A DNA stretch of 64,000 nucleotides from Ginglymostoma cirratum. Its lineage: Eukaryota. The DNA lies in the NCBI GenBank assembly GCA_024137785.1, contig JAHRHZ010000268.1:16323206-16387205 (forward strand), read 5' to 3'. The translations under genes and the position numbers were made by a program. The notes beneath the pieces are model-generated. The model saw only the letters and a program-made list of their open reading frames with translations, was not told the origin of the DNA and made no database searches. Shown here in pieces: positions 1-11,173 of this stretch (position 1 is the stretch's first letter; each line of letters starts with the position of its first letter).

Positions 1-98
1 CCCCCATTTCTGATGAAGGGTTTAGGCCCGAAACGTCAAGTTTTCCTGCTCCTATGATGCTGCTTGACCTGCTGTGTTCATCCAGCCCCATGCTTGTT
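1..98 (+). mobile_element. Penelope-like element terminal repeat fragment with hammerhead core
   Basis: CTGATGA-A-GGGT..GCCC-GAAAC-GTC followed by the ttttcctgctcc..tgctgcttg.cctgctgtgttcatccagc tail. Nearly identical to 61117-61212 and related to the end of the GIY-YIG element at 45853-45950. Confidence 0.7.
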
Positions 99-519
99 TA
101 AAATCTGCATCCAGTTCCATTCTGTCTGCGTACCATTTGTAATTGGCAGAATACAAGGGCAGATAGCCAGCCTAGCACAGGGAGGCACGCCCATGCCTTA
201 AACAGTCTGAACATCCTTCTGGCCTCCCACAAAGTCTCTAAGTTCAAACTGATGACAGTCACTGAATGATCAGACCATCTTCTCCTACAATCGTTTTACC
301 CCAGTTAGGGTTTGGACCCTCCCAGCAATTGAAGACCACTTCATTCCTGGATCTGTAGTTCCATGGCTTCTTTCCAGTGTTCCCCATCCAACTTGAAGCC
401 AAGCCTGTCAATCAGTTTGACCTTGGATGGGTAACCTATCAACATATGCTATGGCGTTAAAACTCCACAGTGTACAGGGGAATTTTGACTTCTGAGTTTC
501 TGACATGCCACTAGACACT

Positions 520-1074
520 CAAATCCCAACTGGTCAGATGTTAAACCTTCCTTCTAATATTTTTAACATGTCTACCATTTCCTATTCTCCATATTTTCCC
601 TGTCTTTGCTCCCAAAAGAATCCATAATTCCTTTTCTAATTGCTTCCTTCCTATCTACTAATAGAAGCTCTTACAATTGTTTTTACAATTTTTGCTAATT
701 TATTCTCAATCTCTTGGTCATGTTTGGCTGATTTATAAAACTCACCCAATTTTTAGGCTTATCAGTCTATTTGACAACATTATAAACCTCTGCTTTTAAT
801 CCAATATTATCCTTAACATCTCTAGTTAGCCACAATTAGATCGCTTTTCAATGGAGATTTATTCCTCAGTGCATGTTTATTTGTCAGGAATTATGAATTA
901 TTTATTTAATTGTTCTCCATAGCTTATTTTCTATCATACTTTTCAATCTAATTTTCCAATGCACCTTAGCCAACCCACTACTTACACCACATCAGTGACC
1001 TTGGTTTTAAAGTGGGGCCCTAGTTTCAGCATAACCACATCACTCTCAAACTCCATGTGAAATTCTATCACACT
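520..1074 (-). mobile_element. Old CR1-clade LINE fragment (outer layer of a nest, resumes near 3022)
   Basis: Decayed LINE ORF2-like sequence breaks at aattctatcacactg and resumes at ctgtgatcact (~3022). Joined, it reads as an SDH..IEF endonuclease-type motif on the minus strand. Confidence 0.45.
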
Positions 1075-1487
1075 GGGGACTGTATAAAAGGTTGATTAAC
1101 AAAACTGAGCTTCATGTAAACAGAAGGTCAATCACAGGTTGGATAAAGAAAAATTGGCTCAAGAATAGAAAATGTAAGTTGGTTGTTTTTCAGACTGGAG
1201 AATGATAAACAGGGATGTTGCATAGGTTCAAAGCTAGGACCCATTGCTTTTTTGAAGAATGTATATAAATGACTTGGATATTAGGACACACATCAAGATT
1301 TTGAAAGTTCCTGATAATACCAAACTTGAAGAATTGGTCATCAGAAGTATGATACTAATCGACTACAACAGGTCATATATATGCTAGCAAAATTGGCTGA
1401 CAAGTGGTAAATGGAATGTCATATGGTGAAGTGTCAGGTGATGCATTTTGGCAAAAGGGATAGGCAATATACATGATCGACCATGCA

Positions 1488-1750
1488 AACACATAGGTTA
1501 GGAGCAGGAGTAGTGCCACTAGGCCCTCAATACTGTACTACCATTTAACAAGATCATGATTGCACTGATTGTTAACCTGAACTCCACATTCCCGCCTACC
1601 CTAATAGCCTATTATCCCTCGGTCAGCAAGAATCTATCCACCTTTGCCATAAAAATACGCAAAGACCCTGTTTCCACTGGCTTTTGAGAGAGTTCTAAAG
1701 ACTTACAATCCTCTGAGAGAAAAGATTTCACCTCATTTTTCTTACTTTTA
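1488..1750 (-). mobile_element. CR1/HER1-like LINE 3' end inserted in the + strand CR1
   Basis: taggagcaggagtag..ccattt.a.aagatcatg matches the tail of the element at 45951-46762. Confidence 0.7.
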
Positions 1751-1985
1751 AGCTTGCTGCAATTTTTTAAAATATTTTACAAGTTACTTTTTTTAAATTA
1801 TGAATGAAATGGTGTATTTCTAAGGTGGTGCAGGGATAGAAGGACTTGAGGATACTAGTGCATAGATTGTTGAAGATGACAAGAATTATGAAGAAACAGT
1901 TATCAAGCCTTATGGATCTTGGACTTCATAAATAGAGGTGTTGAATGCAATGACTGAGAAGCTGTGCTGAACAATTATAAAGCTC

Positions 1986-2145
1986 CATCTTCTAAATATG
2001 GACCGACATTTTCCTAGCTACTGTCAGTTCTGAGGAACAGTCACTCAACCCGAAACGTTAACTCTGATTTCTCTCCACCGGTGCTGGCAGACCTGCTGAG
2101 CGTATCCAGCAATTTCTGTTTTTGTTCCTGATTTATAGTGGCTGC
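1986..2145 (+). mobile_element. Penelope-derived short repeat with decayed hammerhead core
   Basis: cagttCTGAGGA...CGAAACGTTaact followed by gtgctggcagacctgctgag..tccagcaatttctgtttttg. Same family as 34585-34679. Confidence 0.65.
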
Positions 2146-2149
2146 AGTT

Positions 2150-2508
2150 TTGTTTTTTTTATTCATGGGATGAGGGCAACACTAGCAAGGCAGCATTTAT
2201 TACCCATCCCTAATTGCCCAGAGGGCAGTTCAGAGTCAACCCACAGCTGGGGGTCTGAAGTTACATGTAGACCAGACCAGGTAAAGATGGCAGCTTCCTT
2301 TCCTAAAGGACATTCGTGAACCAGATGGGTTTTAAACCGACAATCGACAATGGATTCACTGTCATCATTAGATTCTTAATTCCAGATGTTTATTGAAGTC
2401 AAATTCCACCATCTGCTGTGGCGGGATTTGAACCTGGGTCCCCAGAACATTGTCTGGGTCTCTAGATTAACAGTCCAGTGCTAATACCACTAGGCCATTG
2501 CCTCCCCT
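2150..2508 (-). mobile_element. tRNA-derived SINE with LINE-derived tail (near full length)
   Basis: Minus-strand head has an A box (TGGCCTAGTGG) and B box (GGTTCAAATCC). The tail matches the 3' end of the LINE at 48776. Other copies at 45708-48108 (split) and 51500-51705. Confidence 0.8.
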
Positions 2509-3519
2509 TTTGGTTTTTATATAGCTCTAATTGGGCCATAGATATTGTATTGGACCCTGTTTTGGTTACCACATTTTAGGAAGGGTAGAATTGTCCTTCA
2601 GAGGATTCAGACAATACCAGAATGGTTCCAAAGAATGATGCATTTTAGCTACAATTTTACGTTTGAGACAGTCAGGTTATCCTGCTTGGAGTAAAGGAGA
2701 TTGAAACAGTTTTGAAAGAGATGTACAGCATTATGACAAAGTTAGACAAGGTAAACACTGGAAAGCTGTTCCTTTTAGCTGATGGTGCAAGAACTAGGGG
2801 ACACAGGTTTAAGGTTATGCGAAGAGGTAGAGGGGAATAAGAAAAGAACTTTCTTTCAAAGCAAGTGGTAATGTCCTAGAAATTGTTGCCTATGGAGTTA
2901 GTGGAAACAAAGGTGAACAATTATTTCAATAGGAAACTGGATTGGCATTTTAAGAAGATACATTTGTATACCTAGGGGGAATAAAGCAGTGGAATGGAAA
3001 CAATGTGTATTCTCTACAGAGGGCTAGCATGGTGTTGATGGGCCAAATGGTCTCCCTCTGTATCATAGCAACTGTATAACTCTGTGATCACTACTCCCAA
3101 GTGGATCTACCAAAAGTTTACTAATGAAAACTACCTCATTACAAATTTCTTGAAACAGCCTGTTGCACTGTTGTTTCCTCAATGCATTGTCTGGGAAATC
3201 TATCTTGAACACCTTCTAAGAAATTGTTTACAAATTCCTTTTACTGATTCGCGTTGACTTTTTGTAAGACATGCATAATTGTAAATTACTTTAGTCACCA
3301 CTGCCAGTATTGGAGACCTACGAGATTCTGAATAACTGGCAGCACTCCAAAGCAAAGATGGGAACCACAACTCCAGTCAGGTAAGTGACTGATAGGTGTT
3401 AAATTTGGTTGGAGACTCAATGGACAAGGCCCAAAATTGTGAGCATTAAATTCCACCCAGTACATAAGAGAAAAGGGAAAAAGATTTCAAGCAAGTTAAC
3501 AGTAATATGATGAACAGAT

Positions 3520-4760
3520 TAACATACTTTGTGAGAAGTACTTTCTTATATCAATCTTAAATTTATCTTATGCTAGTCGGAAGGTGTCATTTTGTCCTCC
3601 TCTTGTATTTTAAGTCATTTTCTAGTTTTTCCATTTCAATGTCCTTCACTGTATTGAACAGTCCTATCTGATCAACTCTCAAGCACCTACTTTCATGGTA
3701 TAAAATCCCACATTTCGCCCATTGTACCTCATAACACAAACCTTTATTACTGGGGATCAGCCTTTGGCTTTTCTCTATTCTGCCTCCAATGCTAGAATGT
3801 CTCTCTAATTTCTCGATAACCAGAACTAGATTCAGTATGAAATGTACACAGTCTGTTCATAATATCATCTAACTTGGTTTCATAACTGTTGTAGTGTTAG
3901 TTGGATATGTGAAGAATCCGGTCAATTCAGACTCATCTCCAGTTTTCCAACTTCATTCTTTAGCCATTTGAATGCCATTCATTGAGTACTTATCTTGTCC
4001 ATTTCCCTTTTATGTGTGGGACTTTATACTTACCTGTAATAAATTTCTTCTGCAAGTTTTCTGCCTGATGCATAGATAGTCCAATTCATTTCAGAATTTC
4101 ATGCTGCAACTATCAACGTAACTTTCCTTCTTAGATTAGCATCATCTGAAAAATTAATTACATTAGTTTTTGAATGCAAATCATTAATATAAATTAATGA
4201 GTCATGCATTATTCAGCATTCCCTGATCTGATTATATTAACAGGTACTTTGTTTTTCTATATCAGCTAATTTTGTATCCATTCCCAGGATTTACCATGAC
4301 TTTTTTAACATTGTGAATTTAACTAACCTTGCATATGGATCTTTGTCAAATGCTAATTCAGACAAACTAAATCATAGGATTTTTCAGGGCACTAGGGTTG
4401 TCATTTCCTCAGATGTCAAGGAGATTTATATACAAGATGTTCCAATCTGTTGCCTTGCAGTTGCTGTTTACTGGATTATTCCTGTACAGATAAATGTACT
4501 ACTGATAATCAATTATATTGTTCTGCATGGAATTTAAGGAAGACTGGTTGATTTGTGGTTAGCTAAGTCTGTTTAGTCACCTTAGTTAAATATGGATATC
4601 ACCTTAGCCTGTTTCCAATCTAATATTTCCCCAATGTCCAGTAACTCTTTCATAATCATTAATAATATTCCTGTCTTATCTCTCTCAACACTAGGATAAA
4701 TACCATCTGCCCCGGGAAATTTTTTGAGCCCCATTAGCCTGTCAAGACTTTCCATTTACG
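3520..4760 (-). mobile_element. Very old CR1-clade LINE remnant
   Basis: Recognisable decayed RT blocks: ttagcatcatctgaaaa (FADD-like, reverse strand) and taccatctgccccggg (PGxDG, reverse strand). Confidence 0.55.
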
Positions 4761-7700
4761 TTATATCAAGCAATTAATTTTGTTTTGGATAACTATTTGT
4801 TAGGAAAGATGCGTCATTCAGATCTCCCCAAGAGAATACGTGGAGGAAGTGATCATTCAGAACTTGTGCTATTTTGCGCTTACGCTCACTTTTGAGCCTA
4901 CTTGCGTGATTATTCTTACAAAAGGAAGGATTTTCAATCATAGCGCCAAGGTGAGGTACATGTGAACTCTGAACATACCACTTTTGGATGGTGGTCCATC
5001 ATCCGCTACCTCCTTAAAATGCTTTAATTTTAAGAAGAGGACGGGAGTGGGGGAGAACCAACAATCTACACATCTCCAATTTATTTGCTGTTAAGCTCAT
5101 TGGCAAGCGTGTTAATAGACAGGCAAAGGAAGAATCAAATTTTCAATATTGATAATCTTATCGAATGGACAGTCAGGCTCAAGGGGCCAATGGCTTCCTT
5201 TTATATGTCTGCGTCCAAAAGTGAACAGTCTGTGGGACTTTAGCACACTGCAATTCAGAGTACAGCGGGAAGCCATTATTCATGATGAAACATCGCGCAT
5301 GAAACAGAAATAGACTGAGGCAATCACGCAGTGACAAAAAGCTTCCATCACTTGAGTATTTAGCTTTCACTGCTTGAGAAGTGGGCATTTGGCATCTGTG
5401 AGGACCATGAGCTTTCTTGGCCGCTGCTGTCTTGCCAATTCAATTGTCCAGGTAACTGCAAACCATTGCCCCCATTTGCCTTTTAAAATCATCCTTCAGA
5501 ACGAGACAAACCTCCCCGCAGCCCTGCTCTCAACCGGGCGCTAAACTTGCTTTGATGACAAATGCAGCCTTTGAAAATTGTGTTCCAGGGTTCAGCGTTA
5601 TGTTATGTTTGTGGTTCACTAGAACCATAAATAGAACACGAGGTAGGAAGAGGATAAACTTGAAAAAGGCATACTTTACAGAAGGTCTTCTCAGCTCCAC
5701 AGCTGGTCTCAGACTGCATCCCCAGCTCTTGCAGTGGGTCACCTGATCCATTATCTTAAAGAGGCAATACGCACCCAATTACATACATAATAGGTTGGGA
5801 CCCCCAAAACATTCTAATGTTGAGTACCCAAACCAGGCTTGATACTTTTTTGCCCACTCTCTGCCTGCAAACTTACTATTCTATCATTGAAAGACAATCT
5901 TAACATTATTTCTTCTTCAGGCTTTTTAAATATAGCTCTTCCTTTGCCCATCGGATCATCTTTTTACTGAGACAGATTTTGGTTTGTTGTGGTAATTGGG
6001 TGAACAGTAGGCATTGTAATCATGCAGCCTGCCACATCAGGAAGTCTGGAACATCGTAGTCTTCAAAACTAGTGTATAGATCTTTGGGGAAAGATGACAT
6101 TAGAGTGGAGGCTCTGCAGGGAAGAGAGGTGGCCAAAAATTCCCAAAGCAATCATCCCTTTCTGATGCTAGCAGAATGAGACAGAAAAAAAGGACAGGAC
6201 ATTTCTGAATTGGGCTTACACTAATCTTTTGAAGGACTGCTTGACTGCCCTGTGCATTCTTAATTTTATTCTTTTTCACTGGAGTAACTTCCACAGACTG
6301 TAACCTCCATTGCGATCATCTATTCTATACTAGTGATTTTGAAATCACTTGAAAAGGTTACACCTTGTTGAATGAGATATAGTATCACTGGGCTTTTAAT
6401 GGCATACCAACTTCTTAAAACTACTGCTAAACACACTCAATGGCCTGAAGAGAAACAATTTCATATTTGTATAATAATAATGATGAAAAACATTTCCACT
6501 TTATTTTTACGTAAGTCATTTGTCTGTCTTTACTTGAACTTCTATTTTAATCTAATTTCAATTTCTGAAGCTTTAAATTGAAAGCAAAAAGATTATGGTG
6601 TTTTTAAATTCTTGTTTATGGTCTGAGAGAATACTTCAAAGAGATTGATTCCTTGACGGCCTGCCAACATCACAACTGCTCAATGCCAAGATGTGCCCTT
6701 GACTTGACATCAGATTTAAACTGCAGTGAGAAAAGGAGAAAGCCCTACTGCAGAGATTGATACATTTTTGTGAGTAGTTTGTTCAAAGTCACTGGTGCTG
6801 CTCTTACCAGAGAACCACAGAGAGGTTACAGCTCAGAAAGAGGCTATTCATCCCATTGTGGTTGTATGGGTCAAAAAAGCTAGCCATCCATTCTACTCCC
6901 ATCTTCCAGCATTGGTCAGTAGCTTTATTTCACTGATGATTGCAAAATATTTGCAAATTACGTTGCATCGATATGTTTATATACATGCGCACAAATGTAA
7001 TGTAGCCCAAGTAATAGCAAAATAGAACCTGAATTGATATGTGCTTGAGCAGATGTGGCCATATTTTTAATATCTACTGGTCTAGGTACAAATTTTTCCA
7101 TTAAACAAATTAGCTCATGTCAAGATTTTTTCTGTAACATTTGTTTTGTCATTAAAAGAGCAACTTATAAAGTCTGTTCTCTAGACATTTGAGTATTCAT
7201 AAAAGTCTAGTGATGTTAGAGAGTAATTCATTGAGTATTTATTTTTTAATAAACAGTGGACATTTACTAAAATTCCCAGTGCATTGAAAAGTGCATAACC
7301 CTTTTCTTAGTAGTGTGCTCTATCCTAAATCATTCTATCTTCTCAGAGGTTTATTGTCAGGTCTGGCAGATGGGATGGGGTGTCAAGTCTGGGAGTGTCA
7401 GGGCTCAGGTGTGAACTGGGCATGCACAATTCTTCACAATTCTTTATGGGTATCTGTCTATTCCTATCCCACTCTTCGCCAGATGTATCTCCTTTTTCTC
7501 ATTTGATACTTTCTTAACTCATTGACAGTTCAACTCCTAACTATTTAACTTCCCTACCTGAGTCACTATTGAGTGGTGTTTTGGTCAATTTCCATTCTTC
7601 AGATATTTATTCCCCTCTTATGGTATCTGCATGAAAAAAGCCTTTTCTTCCTTGTTCTGGAAAACCACTGTTCAATTCCCAATTTCCCCTTTTTTACAAT

Positions 7701-9244
7701 TCTAGAATATGCCATGACCACGCAGTTACATGCCTATCTCTCTAAACAAGTCTTTTTACATTTTTTTAATAAGAACAGAGTTGGCAGGAGAGAGGGCTTA
7801 AAGGAAGTAATTCAGGGTAGAAAAGACTAATTTGTATTCGTATCATACACCAGAAATCCAGGAAACCGGATGTTTATTATGGTCTATCCAGCTATATAAT
7901 TTCTCCAAGGACTTAGAAAGGATTTGTCAGGATAGGACATGTTTGTTAGGGTGAGAAAATGTTTTGCTTTGGAAAACATTTGCTTACAATTCCTTGCTAT
8001 TCGTTGATGTTCATTAGCTCTATGAAATTTGTTTCTATTTAATACAATCCGATGGATGTTCAATTTGCAGCTTGAACATAAAACTTGCATTGCAGGTCAG
8101 ATGTCCATTACAGGAACCAAATAGTTGTCAACATCAATGTCAGTTTTACAATCAATCTTCATTTGTTTGACAGGCTGTTTTCTCCAAAGCAATATGATTA
8201 ATGCTTTGGTATAAGGTCGGTTATTGCTTATTAAATTGACACTTTATTTATACTTCTATTGCATTTCACGGCAAACCATTACTGTTATAAAATTAGTGAC
8301 TAATATTGAAAATAAACAATCATAATCCATCCATTTTGGTCACTTCTAGCAGATGACTGAAGAGTAGAAGGTCAGAGGATTGAGAACCAGCTTTTTATTA
8401 CAGTCATATCAGGGTTATGATGAGAAAAAGAAAATAGAGGGTGGATTCAAAATATTAAATGCCATCAAAAGAGGGAACAAAAATGATATAGAGCTTACAA
8501 AGTGGTGAAATGCACTCTGTAATTGTTGTCCACTTTCGGAAAGTATAATAAAATTACAGACAATGTTATTTAGGTGGTCCTCTTCCTTTGTACATTTAGG
8601 CCAAAATATTAGAGGTGGTATTCTATCTGACAGCAGACTTCTGACAGTCATTGCTAGATTTCCATTAGTGACATAATAAGGACCTTGTGCACTGCAGCCA
8701 GGTTTATTGCTACCTGTTCAGAAAAACAGGTTCAGATCAAAAGCAGTAACATCCAGGCAAAACATTCACTGGTGAGAACCTGGCTGATTTTAATGCTCAC
8801 AGACTTTCCTAATACATCAGATTATAATTTACTCGAGTATACTAGTTTGATTTAAGCAAATCAAGACTTAATGTGCTAAAATAAATTGTAATCCAATGTC
8901 ACAACTCCCAAATTCAGATCAGCTCTAGTAGAAGTAGAAATTGAACTTGAAATCTTCCTGGCCACTTCAAGAGTAAACAGAGAACTTATTCAATGAGTCA
9001 TTGCGGAAGTCTAATTTCCTATTTTGTCAATATTTTATACTGGTGGCTGGAGGATGTGTATAGTCCCAAAAGCACAAATATCCTCCCCTTTCCTACCAAA
9101 CGTCTGGCCAAATTCCATGCCTCTCTGTACAAAAGCCCACCAGTGGTCTATTCATTCACCACTGACCAAAAAAAAAGTCAAAGATTAGATATCGATTGCA
9201 CCATGCATAACAATAAGACTCATAAATAGGACTCATTTTCAGTT

Positions 9245-11138
9245 AGTTGATTTTCTTAGCGTTTTTATTATAAATAGTAAATATTCACTGTGTTTGTACA
9301 GGAAAGAGAATCTTTACATCAAGGCTGTATTTTGCAGTCAAATGTCAATCAGAAGGTTGGATGACAGACACTGCAAAAAATTCAGTTCCATCACCTTTTA
9401 AAACCAGCATGTGACAGAAGACGTCATATTATCTAGATCATTGTACTCAATGGCAGTAATTATCTAATTTGTTACTACATGCTAAGCAAAAATGTACATA
9501 TCATGAGATACATGCTAAATTCTAAGATAGTTGAATATATAGGAATAAATAATAACCTCTCTATGAATATCTATGTTGTAATGCAACAACTTAACAGATT
9601 GATATGATTATTATAATTACATTTATGGACAAGGTCCTCGGAAATGTTACCACAACCTCCTACCAGGATAGAAACATCAGGCTACCAATCTTTCTGCGTA
9701 ATTCTGGAACCATGTTGTAACAGCTTGTATGGTCATGCCCAAATTGTCACTAAATTTTAAGCACTTAGCAGAAAGCCCATCATGAACAATTCCTGAACTT
9801 CCCACTATCTACACATTCCATTTTCCTAGAGTTACTAAAATAAGATATGGTTTTCAGTCTGTGATATAAACCTTACAATATTGTTCTTCTACACCAATTT
9901 TACATGTAAGAATTTATGTACAATATCAACGAAATGTATATTTTGCTCAGCTCTTGTACATCCATTGTGATGCACAAAGTACCTGCCAGTAAACATCTTA
10001 TATAGTCAACCAATAAAATTACAATGATGTCAAGAAAAATTGAATACAGTCCAATACTTTCAAGAAGTACCATAGTAGACACAGAAGTACATAATATTGC
10101 ACATTGCTGTTTCATCACTAAAGGTGGAGTTAGTTGGTTGCTTTTGTTCTTTCTGCATTTAATACATTTTGGTCATTTACCTAATTATGGAACTTTTAAA
10201 CAGCCCCATTTATTTCTGACTAAACAAAAACCTCCCTTCATGTTACCTTGGTCCTTTATCCTAATCATTTTGATCTGTCATTGGCAGAGGCAGAAAGTAG
10301 AATGGCTGTCATTGAAAGCATTTAGATTTAAAAGGAATGAAAAGCTGCTTGTTTCGATGCTGTTTTGTCATTGACTGCTATTTCAAAATATTTCCAATGT
10401 AATTATTTCATCTATAAGCATGGCAAACAATTCTTCAAATGATCAGTGAAGTGTGCCCTTAAAGTTAATTTTGGAGATAAGCCAAAGTTAGCGTATCACA
10501 ATTTAATGAGAATCAATGAGCCGTTGTTAAACAAACAAGTACGTTTTGATACACAGGTAACCAGTAGATAAAAGTTAACGCAGTAGACGGCTACTATATT
10601 TCGGATTTGATTGCACAAGCCATGTCATTCACATTTAAATGAACATGATGTTTTTAAGCAGAATTGCTTTTGTTTTCTGAGAATTGTCCCTAGGAAGGCT
10701 CACAAAAATTAATAGTCACCAATTATAACTCAGTATTTCGCTATAATTCTGATCAAATTACACAAATATATATATAATACTGAATGCTTGAGAAATTCAC
10801 ACTATTCCATTATAGTGGCAATAAGTTGGAAAGATTTCTTACTCATCATTTACTGAAAGCTTGCCACAAATCCTGAATCATCTGTGAGGGCCACGAGTGA
10901 GAATTAATTTCCTCCTTCTTCTCTAAATAGAACAGCCAACGTCTAAGGCAACAGAAGTAATATTTATACCAAAACTTAGAACAAGGGACTCTTCCTTTGA
11001 TCACAAGTGAAAACCATTATCAAAAGAAGACAAGATTTGGCTTGTTTTTGGGGAATCCAACCGTTGTGGGTACCATTGTCCCATTATGTTTGTGGGTCCA
11101 GAACAAGGCTCGTTTCAACTTTTTATGGAAATTTTCAC
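9245..11138 (-). other. pax3: Pax3 3' UTR (approximate distal end)
   Basis: Repeat-free AT-rich stretch after the exon 9 stop, ending near TGTACA...AATATTTACTATTTATAATAAAAAC. The cleavage site is inferred. Confidence 0.6.
9264..9269 (-). terminator. Distal polyadenylation signal AATAAA
   Basis: tttatt on + with an upstream TGTA element on the mRNA strand, about 1.9 kb after the stop codon. Confidence 0.6.
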
Positions 11139-11173
11139 TCATGCTATATCTGGCTTCAGATAATGAAAGGCAC
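11139..11173 (-). CDS. pax3: Pax3 exon 9 coding part (PAX3d-type C-terminus)
   Basis: cttttacttccattacAG|GT GCC TTT CAT TAT CTG AAG CCA GAT ATA GCA TGA = (S)AFHYLKPDIA*, the known PAX3d C-terminus. In frame with the phase-1 end of exon 8. Confidence 0.95.

Larger units (their letters stand above)
1075..3025 (+). mobile_element. Decayed CR1/HER1-like LINE (RT to 3' end), interrupted by younger insertions
   Basis: Degenerate RT motifs (resembling GVPQGSVLGPLLF, YINDLD and KFADDTKL at ~1210-1330), later RTRGHRFK-like sequence (~2790) and a CR1-type tail (atgggccaaatggtctccctctgtatc..). Confidence 0.75.

Noticed and set aside
9813-9820. ACATTCCA (miR-1/206 8-mer); a similar match is at 11402-11409
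   Set aside because: Both are on the + strand, antisense to the Pax3 mRNA, so they are not target sites.
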